A stretch of 64,000 nt of DNA from Basidiobolus meristosporus CBS 931.73 (Eukaryota; Fungi; Basidiobolomycota): assembly GCA_002104905.1 (NCBI GenBank), contig MCFE01000369.1:1-64000 (forward strand), read 5' to 3'. Position numbers and translations under genes: made by a program. Positions within the stretch are counted from its first letter, which is position 1. The number at the start of each line of letters is the position of its first letter. Below the pieces are notes generated by a model. That model worked only from the letters and a program-made list of their open reading frames with translations. It had not been told where the DNA came from and made no database searches. This document shows positions 32,574 to 44,638 of the stretch, piece after piece.

Positions 32574-33483
32574 TGTTGTAAAAATTCGGAATTCCACCTA
32601 AATATTCACCTGACTTGGTCACTTGGATCATTACCTACAAATCTTAGAGAACATTGACCAAATTCCTTGTTGGGACTTACTTGGAATGTTTTCACCAAGA
32701 TACCAGGTACCCAGGACATGAATATCAGACAAGTGGTCCAAACAGTCCCACACTTTGTGCACATGTTCTTGGAACCTTCCTAAACCTATTCTACATATTT
32801 GTTATGCCAAGACATTGTAAAAGCACAAGTACTACTTTTACATTCCATAAATCATCAAGTGAAATCCACATGATCCACTTGTTTTCCTAATCACTTCCAA
32901 TCTCTCCAGGACTCTTACAACACAACAGCCAGCTAATTTCCGGAGTAAAAATTGATCCCCCAGCTAATTTGGAGCACTGTGAAGCTTGCATATATGGGAA
33001 ACAAGCCAGTCAACCATTCAAGAGCTCTGGGTTAATCAATGCTATGAAGGAATCAGATCTGACTCACTCTGATCTGTGTGGACCTTTAGCAAAGTTTTTC
33101 CTTAGGCAGGATGAGGTATTCAATCACTTTTATTGATGATTATACAAGATACAGGTGGGTCTACTGTGTGGAGAGAAAGGAAGAAAATCTGTCAAAGTTC
33201 AGGGAGTTTAAAGCCATGGTGGAGAGGGAAACTTGTGAAAAAATCATGAAAATTTGCTCTGACCATGGTTGTAAATATAGCCTCAAAACTCTTCATCTAC
33301 TTCTGCAAAATTCATGGCAGAAAGCAAGAGACTACTGCTACCATGACTACCCACAGCAAAATGGAGTAGCAGTACATGCAAACAGATCAATAATCTATAT
33401 GGCAAGATCTATTGATCCATGGATCAAAAATTATCCTATGATTTTTGGGTGGAATCAGTTGCCACAGCTGTATACCTTAAAAG
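32574..33483 (+). mobile_element. Copia LTR (32574-32922) fused to a degraded integrase-region fragment
   Basis: TG...CA LTR followed directly, with no PBS or gag, by PPANLEHCEAC and FIDDYTRY-type sequence with frameshifts. Confidence 0.8.
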
Positions 33484-33544
33484 TGTTGTAAGAGTCTTGG
33501 AGATATTGGAAGTGATTGGGAGGACAAGTAGATTATGTGTTTTT
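33484..33544 (-). mobile_element. Inverted 61-bp LTR 3'-tip remnant (young)
   Basis: TGTTGTAAGAGTCTTGGAGATATTGGAAGTGATTGGGAGGACAAGTAGATTATGTG is the reverse complement of the LTR 3' end. Confidence 0.85.
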
Positions 33545-36500
33545 TGTTGTAAAAATTTGTATTTCCACCTAAATATTCACCTAACTTAGTCACTTAGATC
33601 ATCACCTTCAAATCCTAGAGAATACTGACCAAATTCCTTGTTGGGAATTACTTAGAATATTTTCACCAAAATACCAGGTACCCAGAACATGAAAATTCTC
33701 AAAGTTGTCCAAACAGCCTCAAACTTTGCACACATGTTCTTGGGACCTTCCCTAGTCTATTCTACGTGTTTGTAATGCCAAGACCAGGTAAAAGTATAAA
33801 TACTACTTTTACATTCAATAAATCATTAAGTGAAAACCACATAATCTACTTGTCCTCCCAATCACTTCCAATATCTCCAAGACACTTACAACAGGTTATG
33901 AGCCCCAAGCTGTCACTCTCTGCAATTTGTACTACTGCTATTACTGGAATTTTTCCTTCTGCTGAAAAGTTGGATGGATCTAACTACCAAGTGTGGAAGG
34001 TGAAGATGAAGATGCTGCTACAAGAAAGAGGCCTTTAGGATATTGTCATGGGAGAAGAATGCCCTCCTAAAAACGTGGGAGAGGAAGCCTTAAAATACCA
34101 GAAGAAAGAACAAACTGCCTTTAACTGCATTTGCCTTAATGTCAAGGACAAATTGCTAATTCAATGCTCAAGAGCAAAAACAGCAAAGAATGCCTGGAAG
34201 GCATTAGAAGACACCTACCAGTCATGTTCAGCTGCCAAGAAAATGTATCTGAGACAAAAACTCTTTACTACAAAGTTGCTGCCAGGAGAAGAAATGAAAA
34301 ATCTAATTAACAGAATACCCTGCTGGTAGATGAGATGGAATCTGTGGGCGTACCAACTACTGATGAGGATGTGATAGTTACCATCCTTAATAGCCTGACA
34401 GACAAGCTTCAGGGCCTTGTATCAGCCCTAGAGTCCAGAACTGAAGATTTGACCTTAAATTACGTATATGGAAGGCTCCTGGATGAAGAATTAAGAAAAT
34501 CAAGCGCCAATAAGAAGGAAGAAGAAAATGCTTTAATAAGCAATGATAACCAACAAAAGAGGTACCCAAGACCCTACAAAGGCAACAACAACCTATTTTG
34601 CAACTACTGCAAAAGGAAAGGACACACATCAGACCGGTGTCTCAAAATGAGAGATTATCAGCAAATGAAGCCTGAATATGGAAATGCTGCAACAACTAAA
34701 GATAGACTATTCATATCTGCACTAAATATGACCACAAGCAAGGATTCTCAGATGTGGTATATTGACTCTGGAGCTTCTCAACACTTTACACACCAAAAAG
34801 AACTTTTACCCAATATCTAGAAATTCCAATTAAGAAGGTTTTCATGGGTGACAATAGAACACTTGATGCAGTGGGAGAAGGAACTATCCAAGTAAACCTT
34901 AGAAGCAGTGAAGGAAGCCATACACTGATCTTTAAAGAAGTACTCTATGTACCAGAAATAGCCAAGAACCTACTCTCTGTAAGCAAGGCCACAGCAGAAG
35001 GACTCAGTTTCAGTTTTGACAATTCTGGATGCAGGATCACTGATCAAAATAGTGCCCATATTGCTTTGGGCATCAGAGACCAGAATCTATACAAGTTAAC
35101 TTATATTCCATCATATTTGGAAGCCAATATAAGTAACTTAAATGAAGAAACACCAATGCTTTGGCACAGGAGATTTGGACACATCAATTTTGATTATATG
35201 CGTAAAATGATCAAATATCAGCTAATTTCTGGAGTGAAAATTGATCCCCCAGCTAATTTGGAGCACTGTGAAGCCTGCATATATGGGAAACAAGCCAGAC
35301 AACCGTCCAAGAGCTCTGGGTTAATCAAAACTAAGAAAAAATTAGATCTAATTCACTCAGATCTGTGTGGACCTATGCAAAATTTATCCTTAGGCGGGAT
35401 GAAGTATTTAATCACTTTTATTGATGATTATACAAGATACACATGGGTCTACTTCATGGAGAGAAAGGAAGAAGCTCTGTCTAAGTTCAGGGAGTTTAAC
35501 GCCATGGTGGAGAGAGAAACTGGTGAAAAAATCAAGAAAATACGCTCTGACAATGGTGGAGAATATACCTCCAAACTCTTCATCCACTTCTGCAAAATTC
35601 ATGGGATAAAGCAAGAGACTACTGTACCATACTCCCCACAGCAAAATGGAGTATCAGAACGAGCTAACAGATCAATAATTGATATGGCAAGATCTATGAT
35701 CCATGATCAAAAATTATCCTATGATTTTTGGGTGGAATCAGTTGCCACTGCTGTATATCTTAAAAATAGGAGTTATAACAGAATACTTTGTGATTCTACT
35801 CCATTTGAAGCATGGTATGGATACAGACCAAGTGCAGAACATCTAAGAATATTTGGGTGTACAGCATAGGCCAAAAAACTGGTTGGAAATCAGTCAAAAT
35901 TTGAGCCAAAAAGTGTAAAATGCATATTTTTGGGCTACTGCAATGAGAGTAAGGCATACAGACTCTACAATACCAAAGCAAAGAAGCTGATCAAGTCCAG
36001 GTATGTGTTGGTTGATGGAAATTCAAAATTTTCACAAAAATGACATCAGATGATGACAAAAATTTGATCTCAAGTCCACCAATTGTCAGGATTGAATCAG
36101 AGCAAAACAATGAAAATTTTTTCACTCCAGAGGACTCTACAACCGTGGTTCAGCCAGAATCAGTGCCAGGAATATCCCAGAAGTGATCATTCCAGTATCA
36201 AATGCCCGGAGATCCAATCAGACAAGAAATAGCCCAAATTACTATATCAATGAGGGTACAAACTTAGCCTATGCCTATTCAGTCCATATTGATGAGCCCC
36301 AGACTGTAAAAGAGGCCCTAAATAGCCCTCAGACAAAGCTTTGGAGCTCTGCAATGACTGAGGAATATCAGGCCCTGATGGAAAATCAAACTTGGGACTT
36401 AGTCAAATTACCAATCAACCAAAAATCAATTGGATGCAGATGGGTCTTCAAGACAAAATACAAGGCTGATGGCACAAATGAAAGATACAAAGAAAGACTT

Positions 36501-38224
36501 GTAGCCAAAGGATACTCTCAAACAAAAGGACTTCACTATACTGAGACCTTTGCACCGGTAGCCAAGTTTAATTCCATCAGATTAATATTGGCTATTGCAG
36601 CCAAATATAAGTTTTTTATTCATCAAATGGATGTAAAAACTGCATTTTTGAGTGGAGAACTTGATGAGGATGTGTATATGGACCAGCCTGATGGGTTTGT
36701 TGACCAAGATAACCCCCATTTGGTCTGCAAGCTTAAAAAGTCACTATATGGTCTCAAACAATCACCAAGAGCCTGGAATTGCAAGATAGATTCTTATTTG
36801 GAATCTTTGAGTTTCAAAAGGAGTAATGCTGACTATAGTATATACTATAAGCCAGATAGAGCAAATCCAGTTCTATTAGCTCTACATGTGGATGATCTTA
36901 TTATAGCCACCAATAACCTAGAAACATTGGAAGAGACTAAATCCAGCCTATCTAAGGAGTTCAAGATGTCCAATCTAGGAGAACTTAGTTACTACTTAGG
37001 GATTAAGTTCTCCATAGACAGAAGTACCCAGACTATTACCCTAAGCCAATCCAAGTATATTCAAGATATACTAAAGAAGTACAAAATGGAAGACTGTAAA
37101 CCGGCAGCTACCCCAATGGAGACAAACCTTAACTTGGTCAAAACTCAACCAAATCAAGAGAGCTTGGTGCCATCTGAAAGCCCTGACTTTCTGTATCAAT
37201 CTATGGTTGGCGGTCTGATGTATATCATGCTTGGAGCATGTCCAGATATCTCATATTCAGTGGGAGTTGTCAGCCAACATAATCAGAACTATGGATCTGA
37301 TCATATTGCAGCAGTTAAGCGGATTTTTAGATACCTAAAAGGAACTGCTGATATCTGCTTAAGATACACTCATAAGGATTCAGAACAGGACCTTGTGGGA
37401 TACTCTGATGCTGATTGGGGACGAAATTTGGAAGACAGAAGATCCACCACAGGATACACCTTTCTTTACTGTAAAGGAGCAATTTCATGGAATTCAAGAA
37501 AGCAACCAACCGTAGCACTTTCTACTACAGAGGCAGAGTATATGGCAGCCTGTGAAGCTACAAAAGAAGCAATGTGGTTAAGAAAGCTCCTTACAGATTT
37601 AGGCCTATGTCAAAAACACCTATTACTTTATTTCAATATAAACAAGGATGTATACAATTAGGTAGAAATCCAACTTTTCATGCTAGAACCAAGCACATAG
37701 ATATTAGACATCATTTCATACGTGAAGCTATAGAGAATAACTTGGTTAGCTTAGTTTACTGTCCTACAGATGAAATGATTGCAGACACATTTACTAAACC
37801 ATTAGCTAGAGACAAGTTTGAATATCTTAGGTCAAAATTAGGACTAGCCAGTATGAACATTTAGCTGAGTGGGAGTGTTGTCAAAATTTGTATTTCCACC
37901 TAAATATTCACCTAACTTAGTCACTTAGATCATCACCTTCAAATCCTAGAGAATACTGACCAAATTCCTTGTTGGGAATTACTTAGAATATTTTCACCAA
38001 AATGCCAGGTACCCAGAACATGAAAATTCTCAAAGTTGTCCAAACAGCCCCAAACTTTGCACACATGTTCTTGGGACCTTCCTTAGTCTATTCTACGTGT
38101 TTGTAATGCCAAGACCAGGTAAAAGTATAAATACTACTTTTACATTCAATAAATCATTAAGTGAAAACCACACAATCTACTTGTTCTCCAAATCACTTCC
38201 AATATCTCCAAGACTCTTACAACA
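33545..38224 (+). mobile_element. Full-length but decayed Ty1/copia element #1 (LTRs 33545-33893 and 37876-38224)
   Basis: 349-bp LTRs with 8 differences by eye, PBS GGTTATGAGCCC, PPT GAGTGGGAG. The gag-PR-IN-RT-RH sequence is broken by stops and frameshifts (~34018, 34320, 34818, 35867, 37630). No target-site duplication. Confidence 0.95.
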
Positions 38225-39030
38225 CATATATGGGAAACAAGCCAGTCAACCATTCAAGAGCTCTGGGTTAATCAATGCTAAGAAGGAATCAGATCTAACT
38301 CACTCTGATCTGTGTAGACCTAAACAAGATTTTTCCTTAGGCAGGATGAGGTATTTAGTCACTTTTATTGGTGATTATACAAGATACAGGTGGGTCTACT
38401 GCGTGGAGAGAAAGGAAGAAAATCTGTCAAAGTTCAGGGAGTTTAAAGCCATGGTGAAGAGGGAAACTGGTGAAAAATTCATGAAAATTTGCTCTGACCA
38501 TGGTTGTAAATATGCCTCAAAACTCTTCATCTACTTCTGCAAAATTCATGGGAGAAAGCAAGTGACTACTCTACTGTGCTACCCACAGCAAAATGGAGTA
38601 GCCAAACATGCAAACAGATCAATAATCTATATGGCAAGATCTATGATCCATGATAAAAAATTATCCTATGATTTTTGCATGGAATCAGTTGCCACAGCTC
38701 ACAGGATACTCTGTGATTCTACCCCATTTGAGGCATGGCATGGATACTGACCCAGTACAGTGCATCTAAGAATAGCTGGGTGTACAGCATATGCCAAGAA
38801 ACTGCACAGAAATTCAGGCAAAATTTCAGCCAAAAAGTGTGTATTGCATATTTTTGGGCTACTGCAATGAGTGTAAAGCATACAGACTCTACAATACCAA
38901 AGCAAAGAAGCAGACCAAGTCCAGGAATGTGTTGTTTGATGAAAATGCAAAATTTTCACAAAAAATGACATCAGATGATGACAAAAATCTGATCTCAAGT
39001 CCACCAACAGTCAGCATTGAATTGGAGCAA
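38225..39030 (+). mobile_element. Degraded copia integrase fragment, paralogous to 32988-33470
   Basis: Shares diagnostic variants with the 33 kb fragment (AGTCAACCATTC, GAAGAAAATCTGTC, GACCATGGTTGTAAA) that are absent from elements #1 and #3. Confidence 0.8.
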
Positions 39031-39040
39031 AAGAAGGCAA

Positions 39041-41160
39041 CCCTATGAAAAGTGATTTGGTCCTGCTGGTGGATTCAATCCAGATCAGCTGTCAAGTTCC
39101 TGTCAAGAACCACAATAATACCAGCAGCTTGGAATAAATGACCATCTACACAATCTTTTGACAGGATCACAACAGCATTTGGCTAATTTTACAGCCTAAT
39201 AAAGTTAAAGACATAATGGTGTTTGTATGGTGTTTTGCCAAGGGTGGCATGGCATTGTAGTGGTCTTATTGCTCCCTACCAGTATTTGAGTGGATCTGAC
39301 TGGCCAGTACATCCAATTGCCTTTAATGGCAAAATACTTGACAGTGGTTTGATGGCCTCATTGCAAGCCTCTGATGCCATCATCATGACAGTATGATGGC
39401 CTACAGCTAGTTCTGTATAATGCTACCATATCAGTTGCCCAAATGGTATTTCTGTTTTCTACCTGCCCTTGCACAATTCATATATTCCACTGTAGAATCA
39501 CCCCTTTTTATTTGCTTACCCACTACTACCTTGGGTATTCCACATATAGTTTGGATCAAAAAATACTATGGCCTCCTGCTTACTAACCTCTACAAATGTG
39601 CCCACCTGCTGTGATTGACATACTTCTATCACCTCAGCTTTGTGGCTTTTTAGTGTGATACTTGCAAAGTTCCCATATACCTTGTATTGCTGATAGCATC
39701 TACTTCTTGCAAACATATGCTTGGTTGCTGCCACTTCTGCCATGAATACCTCCTGAATATCCACAAAGAACTTTTTGGTATTTAGCCAGTATATTCCCAC
39801 TCCCTGCTGGATTCTAGTCCCCCTTATAGGTGCACCCTGGCTCTTATTTGCGTGAGATCTATATTGAATGGTGTAGAAATTGGCTTGTGAACAAGAGAAA
39901 TCCAGCATACCTTGGTAGAGTTTTCCTAATAAAAATTAGTTGCTTGTTGCACCCAACCAAACCCTGCATTACTTGACTGATTACCCACGCATTGGGGCTG
40001 CTTAGCTTCTTAATGCCATAGGCATAGGTGTCTCCATGTGCACATCTGTCCTCAGTATTTTCCAACTCTTCCTTGCTGTCCTCCACACACCAACTCATCA
40101 CATCCATGACAGACTTGAAGGTAATATTCTTGATGAGGTTGGGATATGATAGTACCTGTAACTTGACTTGTCTTCCTATCTCCCCACACATCTGCTCCAT
40201 AGGAAACTCCCAAATGGTGAAGCAAGGTCCAATATTCTCAACACACCAAGCAGGATGGAGTAGCAAATGGATACAGTAGCAGCAGCAATCTACGCATTCA
40301 GCTTTATGTTTGTAGTGTAGCCACTCAAATCCTGTCACAAACTCTTTGCACAAAAGCTGTAGATGCGTCAAGTTGGCATTGGTGATCCACTTCTGGATAA
40401 TTACTCCTACAATGTACACATACAACTCCCAATGCTTCCAATATACTCTGGTGGAAATGGCTTCAGAAAGTCACTTGGATAACTACATATCCAGTTCATC
40501 CAGTACTTGAACTTGTATTGTTGCATATGCATATGAATGCTGATTGGAGCCTGTGAGAAGTACTTAGGGTAGCGGATACTCTGTAATATCTTGCCAATTC
40601 TTTCAAATTTCTCTTGTATCTCAAAGGGCTAACTTAGCTTGAAATGCCCCATGTACAACTTGGTCATCAGTAAAGGGATATTGTAAAGAAGAAAATGCAT
40701 TGCTCCCAGTGGAAAGCTTTTGCTCCAACAGATACCCTCTACCTTAGGTATCTTTGGTTTCCAATTAATTCCATAGTCTGGCTGATGGTTTATAGCTTGC
40801 CAACTTTGCCACAATTGCATGCTGACTTTTGTACATTTTCTCTGCAGAAAGATGATGTTCTTAGTGTTGGTGTTTGGGTAATTATAATGTGTGCAAGTTG
40901 TGGAGTAAGTCCTCTGGAACTCACACATTTGACAGCAATACCATCCATTGTGCCTAAGAAAGCTGGCTATCTTGATGATAGCTGGGGTATCCCTAACACA
41001 GATGATAATATGTGCTCTGACATGACAGCCACTAACTGTTATTCTGCTGGAAAGCATACAAAATTCATGCGGCAACTGATTCAGGTAGCTGTACAGGTTA
41101 GACGGTGATTTAGACCCAGATACCAGTGAGACAACCATCAGAGTTCTGCTCTGATACCAT
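39041..41160 (-). mobile_element. CACTA/EnSpm-like element copy A: 3' terminus plus decayed Tnp2 (Transposase_21-type) gene
   Basis: Terminus CCCTATGAAAAGTGATTTGGTCC at 39041. Remnants SGSKSPSNLYSYL..VRAHIIICVRDTPAI..HNGWYCCQMC and FVTGFE..IHLLLH...GPCFTIWEFPMEQMCGEI. Confidence 0.78.
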
Positions 41161-42624
41161 CCCTATGAAAAATAATTTGGTCCTGTGGGTGGATCCAATC
41201 TGCATCAGCTGTCAGGATCCCATTGAGAGACCCTCGTAATACCAGCAGCTTGGAGTTAGTGACCCTCCTAATGATCTTATAACAGGATCTTGACGGTGTT
41301 TTGCTAATTTTACAACCAATTAAAGGGAAAAAACTTGACAATATTTTATTGGTGCTGTGACAATATTTGCATGATACTGTTGTGGTCTTTTAGAGGTCTA
41401 TAACTATTTTAAGTGGATCCAGTTGGCCAGGACATCCAATTGCCTTATATGGCAAGAAACTTGATGGTATTTTGATGGCCTCACAGAAAGACTCTAATGT
41501 CATTATATTGGCAGTATGATGGCCTACCGCGGGTTCTGTACAACGCTACCTTACCAATTTACCAAATGGTATTTCTCTTTTCTACCTCCCCTTGTGTAAC
41601 TCATATATTTCACTGTAGAATCACCTCTCTTTATTTGCTTACCCACTACTACCTTGGGTATTCCACATATAGTTCAAATCAAAAAAACTATGGCCTCCTG
41701 CTTACTAACCTCTACAAATGCACACACCTGCTGCAATTAACATACTTCTATCACCTCAACTTTATGGCTTTTTAGTGCAATACTTGCAAAGTTGCCATTT
41801 ACCTTGTCCTGCTGGTAACATATACATCTTGCAAACATATGCTTGGTTGTCACCACTTCTGCCATGAATACATCCTGAATATCCACAAAGAACTTCTTGA
41901 TATTTAGCCAATATATTCCTTCTCCCTGCTTGATTCTAGTCCCCCATATAGATGTTCTCTGGCTTTTGTTTGTGTGAATTCTGTATTGAATGGTGTAGAG
42001 GTAGGCTTGTGACCATGAGAAATCTGGCATATCTTGGTAGAGTTTTCCTGATAAAAATTAGTTGCTTGTTGCACCCAACCCAACCTTGGATTACTTAACT
42101 AATTACCCAAGCATTGGGGCTGCTTAGCTTCTAAATGCCATAGGCATACATATCTCCATGTGCACATTTGTCCTCAGTATTTGCCTGTCCTCCATGTGCC
42201 AACTCATCTCATCCATGGTGGACTTGAAGGTAATATTCTTGATGTGGTTGGGATATAGTAGTACCTGCAACTTGACTTGTCTTCCTATCTCCCCACACAT
42301 CTGTCCCATAGGAAGCTCCCAAAAGGTGAAGCAAGGCCCAATACTCTCCACACACAATGCAAGATGGAGTAGAGAATGGATACAGTAGCGGCAGAGATCC
42401 ACACATTCAGCTTTATTTTTTTAGTATTGCCGCTCAAATCCTGTCACAAACTCCTCACACAACAGCTGTAAATGCGTCAAGTTGGCATTGGTGATCTGCT
42501 TCTGGACAAATATTCCTACAATGTCCACATATGACTCCCAATGCTTCCAATGTACTCTTGGTAGGAATGGCTTCAGAACATCACTTGAATAAATACTAAT
42601 CCAGCACAATAATTTTTCATAGGG
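41161..42624 (-). mobile_element. Internally deleted CACTA-like element with both terminal inverted repeats (1464 bp)
   Basis: Left CCCTATGAAAAATAATT, right AATAATTTTTCATAGGG (17 bp, 1 mismatch). Contains the 3' part of the Tnp2 remnant. No TSD seen. Confidence 0.72.
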
Positions 42625-44638
42625 AGCTGTTTTCTTGTTGGTAATTCTTCTTGGCTACAATGAGATTCAGACTGTTCCAGGCTTATACGTTAATTAGCAA
42701 GAATTGCAGCTCTTTTGCATGCTTCCCTGTCTCTGTCTTGTGTAAGCTTTTTTCCCTTTACCTTTTTCTTTAACAATGCCAGGTCATTCACTGCAACTTT
42801 GTCAGTGTGCTTCTTGTATTGGACTACACTTTGTCCTTGATAAATGCTGCTCTAATGCATCTATTTTGGCCTGCTTGTCCCTTGCTGGCACTCTAAAGGC
42901 AACCTGACACTTCTTTTCTGCTTGTTTCACGCTCTCTGCCCATGCTGTGATGGGCTCCTGAGGCAGCCACTTGCTTTTGTCACTGCCAGGTCCTTCACTA
43001 CTACTTTAACCAAGTGCTTCTTGAGTGGAACTATGCCTTTTCTTTGGTAAATGTTGTACTTGAGCATTTGTGTTGGCCTGCTTTCCCTGATTGGCACTCT
43101 TCTATCTACCTGATGTCTCTTTGATGCTTGTATGGAGCTCTTGGCCCTGCTTGTAACCAGCTCTTGAGGAAGCCATTGGCTTTTAGCCATTGAACTCTTG
43201 TACTTCTGCCTTTGATAGTTTCTGTAATTCTTGAGATACCTTGTTAGCATACCAATGCTGGTCCAAAATCTGTTTGCTTGTTTGAATGCAGGATAATACT
43301 CATTGAGCAAGTCAAGCGTATTCTGCTTGGCCTTGCATTCCTGGTGGTCCCATGGTATACCACCCTTAAGGTGTTAGTGAGCTAGACTTCTAACAGCCTC
43401 TTGGATATTAGCCCACTGTCCATCATTGCACTCAACAGCTTCATAGATCTGCAATATCATTTGATTTTTAGGCTTTGGTATAAATACTACATTTTCTCCC
43501 TCCCATTTTGCAACAGGTTCATCTGTGAGCTTTATCTTTGGGCACTGTTGTTGTGCTTCAATACTGTATGATGTTCCTCAGCTGTTACACTGGGAAATGG
43601 CTTAATTTGCAGCTGTGACATTAAGCTACTCAAGTTACTACTTTGCAGCAATGATACTGCCTTCTCTACCTGGGATATTGATTGCTTGGCACCATATATC
43701 TGCTTATCCTGCTTCTGTATTATCTCTTGATTTCTCTTGGCCATTGCATCTATCCTATCAGCCACTGAACCTAGTTGCCTTATTAATACTTTTGTATGAG
43801 CTGACAACATACTTGCTAATACAGGTGGTGATGATGTATTGATAGCCACTTGCTAGTCTTCAACTGAAGGTACTACTTTTGCTACATTCTGATATGCCTC
43901 AGCATTATAGTTAGCTTGCAGCGCTGCAGAGATTCCCCATTGCCTGCATGACTGAGAGTCTATGGAGTCTGCATTATTCTCTTCAGTGGGCACACTGTCC
44001 ACAGAGCCTTTTTTGGTTGTAGCCCTGCTTGTTGCACCAAGTGTCAAAGTAAGCTGTTGTCCAACTGTTCTTCTGCTGCTGTCAGTGGTGGTGTTTGGTT
44101 GTGAATCAGACAACTTGACATTGTTTTTTGGCAGCATATATATGGAAGTTGGTCAAGCAAAGGGAAAAGATGTTAAATACACATGTGAATGTGGTACAAT
44201 ATCTTTATTTATAATGCTTATTATGGGGAGCACCATGAATCTTACACTCATGTAGATGATATGTCTCAAATACAGTATTGTGATAAACTTGCATGAGTAT
44301 TGACAAAAAAGTGATGTAATCAAGTTATATTGTTGACTGTCAAATTGTTGGCCTCATGGACAAGACTACTTTAATACAACACTGCAAGAGAAGAGAACAA
44401 AGACCATGTGGCTATTGTAGCTAGCCTCTCAGCCATGAATCATGCAAACATCATAGGAAGTATTACAAGGATTATGGCCAGTGTTTTGCCACACAAGTCA
44501 TATTTGACTATTCACCAGTCACTACTCCACCATCAATATCTTGTCAGCCACTTGATACTTCTATAATAGTACCGTGCTGTACTTGTCACCTTGCGCAAAT
44601 GGAGTCAGGTGAGTTTATGATGGCTTTAGGCTTATCCC
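42625..44638 (-). mobile_element. CACTA-like copy C, left part: decayed second ORF (ORF1) and the region upstream of Tnp2
   Basis: Homologous to 56292-57900 and, in reverse, to 62280-62600. Remnant peptides MLPKNNVKLSDSQ.., LASMLSAHTKVLIRQLGSVADRIDAM.., YYPAFKQANRFWTSIGMLTRYLKN. Confidence 0.62.
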
